Of a DNA stretch of 32,000 nt, positions 16,101 to 23,000 are shown in pieces. The stretch covers positions 1,110,001 to 1,142,000 of the forward strand of contig OW818675.1 of NCBI GenBank assembly GCA_942493095.1, in the 5' to 3' direction. The DNA comes from Candidatus Electronema halotolerans. Lineage in GTDB: Bacteria; Desulfobacterota; Desulfobulbia; Desulfobulbales; Desulfobulbaceae. Position 1 is the first letter of the stretch. Every line of letters begins with the position of its first letter. The notes beneath the pieces are model-generated. The model worked only from the letters and a program-made list of their open reading frames with translations. It had not been told where the DNA came from and did no database searches. The position numbers and the translations under genes are program-made.

Positions 16101-17888
16101 CTGCTCAACAATGTCCGTCAGCAAGGTCATGAAATGATCATTCATGCGGACAATGGTCTCTTCGACAAATAAGTCTGTCGCATATTCCCAGTTGCAATGA
16201 ATCTGCCCCTCCTTTTCTTCGGCAAACAGGGTTAAATCAAATTTTGCAATTGGATAATCGAGATCATAAAGTTCTGTTTGCAAGCCGGACAGCTCAAGAT
16301 CAGGCAGAGGTGTTTGAAAGGCGAACATGACCTGAAAAAGAGGACTGTGACTCATGTTGCGCTGCGGTTGCAACTGCTCAACCAGCATCTCAAAAGGAAT
16401 GTCCTGATGAGCATAGGCATCCAAGCAGGTCTGGCGTGTTTTTCGCAGTAATTCCGTAAAGCTTTCCTCCGGCTCAATCTGGCTGCGCAGCACTAAGGTG
16501 TTGACAAAAAAACCAATTAAACTTTCTGTGAGGCTGTGTGTGCGGTTGGCTATTGGGCTGCCAATGCAGATGTCACGCTGACGGCTGTACCGAGACAGCA
16601 AGATGCTGAACGCAGCCAGCATGATCATGAATGTTGTCACGCCTTCCTGTCTGCTGAGTGCAATCACGGCTTGGCTTAATGCCGAAGGCAGACTGCTGGC
16701 ATAACGCCCTCCCTGATAACTGGTTCGGGCCGGACGTGTTTTATCTGTCGGCAATTCTAATAATTCAGGAATATCTGCAAGCTGCCGCCGCCAGTATTCC
16801 ATCTGCCGTTGCAGAACTTCACCTTGCAGCCACTGCCGCTGCCATGCGGCAAAATCACTGTATTGGATTGCAAGCTCAGGAATGTCAGGTTGATGATTTT
16901 CCGCAAATGCATTATAGGCCAGTTGCAGTTCACGCAGCAGGACATCAACAGACCAGCCGTCACTGGCAATATGGTGCGTGTTGAGCATGAATGCAGCCTG
17001 ATCGAGATGAAGATGCAGCAGTTTGAATTGGATAGGAAAGCTGCGCTGTAAATCAAAAGAGATCATGCTGAACTGATCAATCTCTGTTTTGATGGCAGAC
17101 TGCAAAGCATCTCCTTGAAAATGTCTGAGATCATGCTCTTGCAGCAGAATGTCATTTTTTATCTCATGCACTTCTGCTGATCCTTCTCCGTTGACGGAAG
17201 GAAACGAGCTGCGCAGGACGTGATGCCGCTCCAAGAGCCAGTGCAGACTTTGCTCCAAGGCGGAAATATTCAGCTTTCCGGTGAGCAGCCATGCGCCGGG
17301 CATGTTGTAATGCACTGCATCTTCCTCAAACTGATCAAGAAACCAGAGGCGCTGCTGGGCAAAGGAGAGCTGTTTCCGCGCCTTTTCTGGCTGCGCTGTG
17401 ATTGGCGGCAGACTCGCTGCCGTCTGATTTTCTCCGTCAAGAACTGAAGCAAGGCTGGATAATTCAGGATGGGTAAAAACACTGCGCACAGGCAGTTCGA
17501 TGTTAAATATGTCGCGAATCCTGGCAACAAGCTGAATTGCTGAAAGCGAATGTCCGCCTATGGCAAAAAAATTGTCATCTCTGCTAACAGATTTCACGTG
17601 CAGTAAAGCACTCCACAGGCCAGCCAGCAGCTCTTCTGTTGGCGTTACCGGCTGCCGACCTGAAGTCAATTCTTCAATTTTGGGAACAGGCAATGCCTTG
17701 CGGTCAATTTTGCCATTTGCTGTCAACGGCATTGATTCCAAAGGAATGAACAGCGACGGCACCATGTAATGCGGCAGACTCTCCTGAACAAGACTTCGCA
17801 GCTCCGCAATCAATTCATTGTGCTGCAAGCCTTTATTCTGACAGGGGGTGTTGGCGTAACGGGACCAAACGCTTGTGCAGGTGTTCAT
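10182..17888 (-). CDS. Non-ribosomal peptide synthetase B (2568 aa): [A9-A10 tail]-T-C-A-T-C-A-T-TE
   Basis: Domain motifs were read directly (see domain features). An in-frame TAA 8 codons upstream of the ATG fixes the start. The SD is weak. GC is about 45% in the 15001-15100 sample. Confidence 0.95.
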   Translation of the reverse strand: MNTCTSVWSRYANTPCQNKGLQHNELIAELRSLVQESLPHYMVPSLFIPLESMPLTANGKIDRKALPVPKIEELTSGRQPVTPTEELLAGLWSALLHVKSVSRDDNFFAIGGHSLSAIQLVARIRDIFNIELPVRSVFTHPELSSLASVLDGENQTAASLPPITAQPEKARKQLSFAQQRLWFLDQFEEDAVHYNMPGAWLLTGKLNISALEQSLHWLLERHHVLRSSFPSVNGEGSAEVHEIKNDILLQEHDLRHFQGDALQSAIKTEIDQFSMISFDLQRSFPIQFKLLHLHLDQAAFMLNTHHIASDGWSVDVLLRELQLAYNAFAENHQPDIPELAIQYSDFAAWQRQWLQGEVLQRQMEYWRRQLADIPELLELPTDKTRPARTSYQGGRYASSLPSALSQAVIALSRQEGVTTFMIMLAAFSILLSRYSRQRDICIGSPIANRTHSLTESLIGFFVNTLVLRSQIEPEESFTELLRKTRQTCLDAYAHQDIPFEMLVEQLQPQRNMSHSPLFQVMFAFQTPLPDLELSGLQTELYDLDYPIAKFDLTLFAEEKEGQIHCNWEYATDLFVEETIVRMNDHFMTLLTDIVEQPDKAVAKLNMLTKQEYQQQQIWNQTAGAVPDCTLFNHFEEQAGANPDNTAIIFADQIVTYRQLNQQSNQLAHHLLTCKPDREKNPFIAVSLPRSPEMIVSVLAVLKAGMAYLPIDPTYPAERIQQILAQSGAKYLITSRSTGEQLQLPQGCMTVYYEELLLAAYSGENLNSSIHPDETAYVIFTSGSTGQPKGVVVSHRSAINTIDDINERFSVTEHDSILALSSLSFDLSVYDIFGLLSVGGTVIVPQPEFAQEPAYWAKMMARHHVSLWNTVPALMQIYVDYITGQSDLIPDSLRLVMMSGDWIPTSLPDKIKKLFPQADVISLGGATEAAIWSIHYPITHVDPTWTSIPYGRPLRNQQIHVLNKFLEPCPVHVPGSLYIGGLGLAQCYWGDEEKTSASFIRHPRTGERLYRTGDLGRYLADGNVEFLGRDDFQVKINGFRIELGDIEAALRQHPRVEDALVTLQGHGNGKFLAAYCTSQAASCNIEELHDWLQERLPNYMLPKHIIAIEFFPLTANGKIDRKALPVPEASGAEGAKPLTQEEELLAAMWGKLLNAEQVSREDSFFERGGNSLLAMQLVARVRELFQVELPVRKVFEYPTLSGLVDAIADCRDTITLPPIAMQPDNAELMLSFAQRRLWFLSQLEGGISEQYNIPLALQLSGHLHTSALKQSLMLILERHSTLRTYFNVQNGQAKISIAPTAQMDFLQFHDLTGLPDDQKEEEVARRVNAHAIAPFDLTQDALFRAECLFFNEKEFVLLLNMHHIVSDGWSMVLFVKEWQAAYAAFAQEERPVLPRLEIAYSDYAAWQKDWLQGEILQEQVDYWKRQLAGIPDAIELPFDRPRTEERKYHGDVCQFQLSEKLSEKLAAFGQENNATLFMTLLAAFNILLARCSGQDDICVGTPIANRTQKQTENLIGFFVNTLVLRTNFATLEKRESKLSFLDLLRATRQTCLDAYTHQDIPFDILVEELHPVRSMRHSPLFQVMFALENNEVSTLSLPDLEVSVMDVEYPVAKFDLTLTAVTKDKQLSCWWEYATDIFDKATIISLAEHFDVLLQGIVDNPQADIRTLPLLTAEEARCIQQWNDTASTYSRKQALADFFEAKVAETPHAVAVITEEQQLTYQQLNDRANALAHSLIQDHGLQANTLVGLCVERSPAMLIALLAVLKTGAAYLPLHTDYPAERLCFMLEDSSTKIVLTQEQLKEKFLALEQLVIIDVDKTAAQAAALGNPQRRSKPEDLAYVIYTSGSTGLPKGVCVEHGPIALHCLYMRDYYRIDSDDRVLQFLPLSFDPSIEQIFCTWLGGAALIMLREELINPLDLIEYLHETKATVVDIPAPYWQQMCEVENVTRQLDRMRLLIFAGDVFPVALARKTQQLFPNVTCINEYGPTEAVIASSLYTLPNPLPETCSTVPIGRSTADTKLYILNADYQIQPFGIAGELCIAGASLARGYLNRPELTEQQFVTLELLGERQRVYKTGDLARWLPDGNIEYIGRVDNQIKLRGFRIELGEIEAVLRQHEAVSEAVVLLRREDEADSQLVAYLTVRCPVETQAMRSWLQQHLPDYMIPAAFCVVETMPIAPSGKIDRNMLALLEVSSYLQEEKKFARDATELQLISIWEAVLNQSRISIHDNFFELGGHSLLALQLMAKIHQQFDLKLPVSSLFKSPTVAELAEQLRERRTDDSSCLIPLRSGKAGKGVMLLLPEATGSVMYFYSLASSLGGMYPVYALQSPGLDGSFAAIQDLKELALFHRQNLRQQHITGPHFLVGHSAGGRVAYELAWLLEQEGEQVQGLAILDTYAPNSPPEHDEMDFYNEYNWLHDIVYAFETTQQTDLNVSVQDLEAFGNLEAAYEHVMELFRQHNIFAPNTSLDELKAMVNVYKRTCQADQVYVMPGNLHCPIHLFCASESTDGFGGLANREFVTQGWPECTTAEVREHWVGGNHMSMMFSPHVENWTAILSEYFAPDQGENNDQ
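10185..11045 (-). other. NRPS B domain: thioesterase (TE)
   Basis: The GxSxG motif FLVGHSAGG has its Ser codon at 10791-10793. ILDTYAP and GGNHMSMM are candidate Asp/His positions. The domain is terminal in the ORF. Confidence 0.8.
11073..11276 (-). other. NRPS B domain: T6 (PCP)
   Basis: DNFFELGGHSLLALQL. Confidence 0.8.
11334..12815 (-). other. NRPS B domain: A5, specificity unlike the other four
   Basis: Motifs: LTYQQLNDRAN, YVIYTSGSTGLPKG, FDPSIEQIF, NEYGPTE, YKTGDLARW, GRVDNQIKLRGFRIELGEIE, LPDYMIP, PSGKIDR. The code read by eye against GrsA numbering is D-P-E-D-I-A-E-I-A-K. Confidence 0.8.
12909..14207 (-). other. NRPS B domain: C5 (LCL-type)
   Basis: LSFAQRRLWFL, MHHIVSDGWS. Confidence 0.8.
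14265..14480 (-). other. NRPS B domain: T5 (PCP)
   Basis: DSFFERGGNSLLAMQL. Confidence 0.8.
14514..16016 (-). other. NRPS B domain: A4, Cys-type code
   Basis: Motifs: LSSLSFDLSVYDIFG, LWNTVPALM, MMSGDWIP, ISLGGATEAAIWS, GRDDFQVKINGFRIELGDIE, LPNYMLP, NGKIDR. The code read by eye is DLYNMSLIWK. Confidence 0.8.
16089..17372 (-). other. NRPS B domain: C4 (LCL-type)
   Basis: LSFAQQRLWFLDQ; THHIASDGWS with the HH codons at 16971-16976. Confidence 0.8.
17439..17645 (-). other. NRPS B domain: T4 (PCP)
   Basis: DNFFAIGGHSLSAIQL. Confidence 0.8.
17685..17888 (-). other. NRPS B N-terminus: orphan A-domain C-terminal tail (A9-A10), the missing end of module 3
   Basis: MNTCTSVWSRYANTPCQNKGLQHNELIAELRSLVQESLPHYMVPSLFIPLESMPLTANGKIDRKALP. 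It is collinear with RLWPSYANTPYQEDADRLQLPAELRAFIKKTLPDYMVPAAFILMEAMPLTPNGKIDRKALP at 31808-32000. Confidence 0.8.
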
Positions 17889-17950
17889 CTGGAAGTTTTC
17901 TTTATCGCATTAGGAGCGGGTTGAATTTTCTCAGCAACTTCTCTTTCCAA

Positions 17951-19084
17951 TCAAAAGGTTGTAAAAGAAGTCAATTTACGGAAAATAGATTCTATATGGG
18001 GAAGCAGTTCCGCAGGCTCCTGATCATCCTGAATGCGCTGTAGCCACCCTGCCTTGCATTCACAGTCAAGTCCAGCAAAGGCAGAGGAATTTTGACAGCG
18101 ATTGAATAAATGTATGGCTTCTTTCGTTTCCTGATTGCAGGCAGGACAATTTTCACTGCAAGCAAGGGCTTCCACAGTGTACGTCGGTGGACTGACATAA
18201 ATTTCAGTTTTCAATCCCAATGCTTCGCGTCGATGTAAAATTTCATCGAGACTCCATAAACGGGGAAGAGTGTACAGACCATGCTGCCAGAGATCATGCA
18301 TTAACGTGTGCTGCTCAATCGTCGCCAGTTCAAAATCAATTCTGGCAACATGGCATGATTCAAGATAACGCAAACTGTCAACTATATCCTCTATAGCCAT
18401 TTTTTCTGTCAAAAAAGGCGGCTTGAGCATGATCAGCGGCACCAGACGCACGCCATGCCGTTGCAAGATTTCCACTTTTTCTTCAAAAAGTTCAAGAGAG
18501 AAATTTTTATTGACACAGAGATTGCGTACTGTCTCGTTTGCTGATTCAAAACCGACCGCAATCTCCAGTTCAATCGTACCAAGAACTTTTTTCAAGGCGG
18601 CTATCTTTTCTTCTTCTATATCAATAACTTTCGTTTCGATAACAATTCTCCGAGCAGACGGCACTTCAGCAATCATGCTGCATATTTGCAAAACAACATC
18701 AAAATCTATCTCCCGTTCTTCAAACAGGCTGCCATCATTATATAAGCTGAAGATAGGATAATTTTGTGCTATGACATCACTGTTTGACAAGACAAGCGAT
18801 ACTTGATGAAGATAATCCTCATTTGGTATCTTATTCCCAAAATTCGTTGCATTCCAAAATCCGCAGAAGGTGCATCCTCCATTGTCATTAGCCCAAGTGC
18901 ATCCGGTTCCACGAAGGAACAGCACTAAACGGTCAACATACTCCCCATGTAAATAACTTTTTCGCAAATCTGTAAAAATTACTTCTTCAAGCTCATTATG
19001 AGAACGATGTATATGCGCAGCCTGTTTTCGTAACTTAGTCATATATTGCCTGATCTGTGATCTCAGTTCACTTTGTTTGACCAT
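17951..19084 (-). CDS. Radical SAM-like protein, Elp3-related (TIGR01210/TIGR01212-like) cluster spacing (378 aa)
   Basis: LRGTGCTWANDNGGCTFCGF (C-x8-C-x2-C), then SLYNDGSLF. The C-terminal Cys-rich region is ACSENCPACNQ (C-x3-C-x2-C) ..NRCQ..LDCECK. I prefer the ATG at 19084, which has AAGGAG at 19091-19096 (6-nt spacer), over the track start at 19180. GC is about 40% in the 18481-18580 sample. Confidence 0.75.
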   Translation of the reverse strand: MVKQSELRSQIRQYMTKLRKQAAHIHRSHNELEEVIFTDLRKSYLHGEYVDRLVLFLRGTGCTWANDNGGCTFCGFWNATNFGNKIPNEDYLHQVSLVLSNSDVIAQNYPIFSLYNDGSLFEEREIDFDVVLQICSMIAEVPSARRIVIETKVIDIEEEKIAALKKVLGTIELEIAVGFESANETVRNLCVNKNFSLELFEEKVEILQRHGVRLVPLIMLKPPFLTEKMAIEDIVDSLRYLESCHVARIDFELATIEQHTLMHDLWQHGLYTLPRLWSLDEILHRREALGLKTEIYVSPPTYTVEALACSENCPACNQETKEAIHLFNRCQNSSAFAGLDCECKAGWLQRIQDDQEPAELLPHIESIFRKLTSFTTF

Positions 19085-19195
19085 TTTTTTCTCCTTTTTG
19101 AAAAAAGTTGGCGACTTTGAAAAAGATGAAGGGTGGATGAAAGAGGACAGTTTCAGCTCTCTTTGCTTGTCATGGAGCAAACGCCTCAGCGCATA

Positions 19196-20068
19196 TTATG
19201 CTTCCCGCAGTAAACGAAAACCAAGATGATTGTATCTTTTATTGTCATCATAGGCGATGCAATGGGCGGAACGACAGAACGTTGGATAATAGTTCCACGA
19301 TCCGCCGCGAGCCATTCGTAATGGGCCAGTCACGGATAACGGATCCTTGATGCCGTCAAGGCAGGTGTCCACCCAAAAATAACACTTTTCATGATAGACT
19401 ATGCATTTATCTTGACACCATTCCCATAGATTGCCATGCATGTCATATAATCCCCAAGCATTTGGAGCGAAGCTCGCCACAGAACAAGGCCTCAAGTCAA
19501 GCTCATCATCAGGATTCAAAGGCGCAAGACGGTAGTTTTCCTCGTAATCAGCAAGACTTCTGTCTAAATGATTGGCAAGTTTGGTGGTGATCTCGTCGCC
19601 AAAATTATAGGCAGTTGTTGTGCCTGCCCGACAGCTGTACTCCCATTCTGCTTCCGTTGGAAGACGATACACTCCATCTTCCTGCTGATTCAGCCATCTG
19701 ATAAATATCTGCACGTCAATCCATGACACACAACTCACCGGATAATCATCTTCCTGCTCATATCCTGGGTTGTCCCAGTATATATCCTGATATCTACGGC
19801 CATCTTTGTTCAAACGTGTGGCATACGCTCCATCCTCAATTTCAGCTTGCGTCTTATAACCAGTTTTTTCGACAAAATGCCGCCACTGCCCCACTGTCAC
19901 ATGGGTATCTTGCATGTAAAATCCTTTTGTCAGGATAACTTTATGCAGTATTTCGCTGTCATATCTCCCAACTTCAGTTTCTGGTGACCCCATCATAAAG
20001 CTACCAGCGGGAATATAACAGAACTGCATTTTCAGAGCATTTGTCAGTTTCTTTAGCGAATTGCTCAT
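19196..20068 (-). CDS. FGE-sulfatase (SUMF1/EgtB/PvdO) family protein, paralog 1 (290 aa)
   Basis: Motifs: FCYIPAGSFMMGSP, HKVILTKGFYMQDTHVTVGQW, YPVSCVSWID, RLPTEAEWEYSCRAG, WGLYDMHGNLWEW, RGGSW....CRSA, LGFRL. AAGGTG lies at 20073-20078. It starts 24 nt after the NRPS A stop and has no signal peptide. Confidence 0.85.
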   Translation of the reverse strand: MSNSLKKLTNALKMQFCYIPAGSFMMGSPETEVGRYDSEILHKVILTKGFYMQDTHVTVGQWRHFVEKTGYKTQAEIEDGAYATRLNKDGRRYQDIYWDNPGYEQEDDYPVSCVSWIDVQIFIRWLNQQEDGVYRLPTEAEWEYSCRAGTTTAYNFGDEITTKLANHLDRSLADYEENYRLAPLNPDDELDLRPCSVASFAPNAWGLYDMHGNLWEWCQDKCIVYHEKCYFWVDTCLDGIKDPLSVTGPLRMARGGSWNYYPTFCRSAHCIAYDDNKRYNHLGFRLLREA

Positions 20069-20092
20069 TTTTCACCTTTCAAGGTCACAGCA

Positions 20093-23000
20093 TCACGCAA
20101 AATGATGCCAAGTTTTTTTAAAGAGAAAGCTCTCTTCAGTCGTTGCTGTTTCACTCATATCTTTTCGACAAAATGCAACAGCATAGTGGTAAGGGCTATC
20201 GTAACTGATGATGCAGGCGAAATTTGCCTGATCAGCTAACCGGCACAATTCATCGGGATCAATTCCCTGCTCTCTTTGCCGCAGAGAATTTCGCAATTCT
20301 TTCACGGTGCCCTCAGCGTTGTGTAATTGCGCCAAAAGATGCTTCTCAGCGGACAATCGGGCGTTGGGTATATTCTTTATGGCAAAAGATCGGTTCTCAG
20401 CTAAAAGTTGTGCAATATTTGATAGATTCACGTCCTGCTCCTGCCAGTCGAGCCAGATTGTCTCCGGCTGCTCCGGTTCCTGATCAAGTCGCAAGATGAC
20501 GTCGTAACGAAAACGATTCATTTCGTTTTGCCCTGCACCAGCTTTCAGTTGAATTTGGACATTCTTGATACGCGGGAATTCCTGATGTATTGCCTTGAAC
20601 AAATCAGGATCAATGAACAGTTCTTCCTCTTCCTGCACAGCTTTCTGGATGTGTTGCCGCAATACAGATAAAGGCAAGGAATCTTCTGCCTGATGGAGTT
20701 GAACAGAAGCGTGAAACGCTTCCAGCAGCTTGAAATTGCGTATGTCGCCTATAAAAATGCTGCCGCCCGGCGAAACAGCCTCCATTGCTTTTTCCAAGAC
20801 CGAAATACAATAATCAACTGAAGGAAAATATTGAATAACAGCATTCATGGCAATAACATCCACAGAACCGTTTTCAATTCCTTGAAAGGCATCAGCGGCG
20901 TTTCTTTGCTCCTGTAGCAGTTGAGAAAAGTCAACGCCAATGTATTGTTGGCAGGAAGGAGCTATGCAGGAGGAAAACGCCCCAATTCCGCAGCTAATTT
21001 CCAGCAAACGCTCTGGCTTGAGGGAGAGAATCTTTTCAACCGTGTCATTCAACCACGACATCTCCCCCTTGGCACTGCCTGTTTTTTTCTTCTTTGACTC
21101 AGATTCAGGGACAAAATAGGCCAGCAGCCGCTTGCCATCTATTTCATCATGGGCAATGACTGTCGCTTCTTTCACCAAAGGATGTCGACAAATGGCTGTT
21201 TCAATCTCGCCCAGCTCAATGCGGAAGCCGCGAATCTTGACCTGAAAGTCGTCGCGGCCAAGGAACTCAATGCTGCCGTCTGGCAGCCAGCGGCCTAAAT
21301 CGCCGGTGCGGTAGAGGTGCTCGCCGGTGCGCGGATGGATGATGAAGCTGGCGGCAGTCTTCTCCTCATCGCCCCAGTAACACTGCGCCAAACCGATGCC
21401 GCCGATATAAAGCTGTCCCGGAACCAGCAGCGGACAAGGTGATAATTTTTCATCCAAAATATGAAAGGATTGATTGCGCAATGCTTTGCCGTAAGGAATG
21501 CTCTTCCACGCCGGATCAACGTGGTCAATCGGATGCCAGATTGACCAGATTGAGGCTTCGGTGGCCCCGCCGAGACTGATGGTTTGCGCCTGCGGCCAGA
21601 CAGTGCTGATGCGCTCCGGCAGATTGAGCGGAATCCAGTCGCCGCTCATCATGACCAGCCGCAGGGCGGCATTGCCCTCAATTTGCTCGGCATAAATCTG
21701 CATCAGGGCCGGGACGCTGTTCCAGACCGTCACCTGATGACGGCTCGCCAGCTCGGCCCAATGCGTCGGCTCCTTGGCTTTTTCCTGCTCAGGCATGACC
21801 ACTGCGCCGCCAGCGGCGAGCAGGCCGAAGATGTCATAAACCGACAGGTCAAAACTCAATGAAGACAGGGCCAGCACCCGGTCATTCTGGCCAACGGCAA
21901 AGCGTTCGTTGATATCGAGAATGGTGTTGGTCGCGCCACGATGGCTGATGGCCACTCCCTTGGGCAGACCGGTCGAACCGGAAGTAAAGATGATGTAGGC
22001 CAAGTCATCCGGCTGCGTTGCGACTGCCGGTTTTTCCGGCGGAAATGCAGTCAGATCAAGCTGCTCCGCTGTCAGGGTCCGCACGTTTTCCGGCAGCTCC
22101 AGACTGTCCGCAACCCGCTGATGGGTGATCAGGCTGCCTGCGCCGCTGCCCTCCAGAATGCGCTGAATGCGCTCCGCCGGATAATCAGGATCAACCGGCA
22201 CATAGGCTGCCCCGGCCTTGAGCGCGGCCAGCACGCTGATGATCATCAGCGGAGAACGTTCCAGAGCGACCGCGACCAAGGGCTGCCTGCTCGTTTCTGT
22301 TTTTATTGCCAGAAGACAATGCGCGAGCCGACAGGCCTGCTGATCAAGCTGCTGATAGGTGAGCTGCTCATTTTTATGAATGAGAGCAGCACTGTCCGGC
22401 GATGCCGCAGCCTGCCGCTCGAACAGGTCAAGCAGGGTGCAGTCAGGAACCGGCCCGGTCTCCGGCGCGTTCCACTGCTGAATCTGCGCCAGCTCCGGCT
22501 GTGTCAGCATATCCAGCTGGCCGACAGGCTGCTCCGGCGCGCTGATCAAAGCAGCCAGCAAGGTGCGCAGATGGCCCCAGAAACGGTCAATGCTCTCAGC
22601 ATTGATCCGGCAGCTGTCGTGCAGCAGATAAAAATCTGCTGTCTCGCCCGGATCAACCATGATTGTCAAGGGAAAGCTGGTCGCGTTCTGACTCCACATC
22701 TGCTCAATGCGGTAACTCTCATCCGCTGTTGCCTCGTTGTCGCCTCGTGGAAAATTTTCCACAGCCAGCAAGGTTTCAAAGAGAGCCTCATCTTGAGCAA
22801 GTTCGCTTTGCTCTTGAATATCAACTAATGAGCTGAAACCATGCCGACTGTCAGCCTGATGCAGTTCCTGCACGTGCTGGAGCAGCTCGCTGCCGGACAG
22901 GGAATTGTCAATTTGCAGGCGAAATGGCAGTGCGTTGATCAGCATGCCTACCATATCCTCAATACCGGCAAGAGACGCATTGCGTCCGGAGATCATCACG

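Noticed and set aside
9323-20068. Calling the two FGE-family proteins genuine formylglycine-generating enzymes
   Set aside because: The region after RGG[SA]W reads NYYPTFCRSAHC in one paralog and SADAKHCRAAC in the other. Neither matches the LCH.SYC.RYR pattern I recall for true FGEs, and no sulfatase gene is nearby. Only the family-level call is justified.
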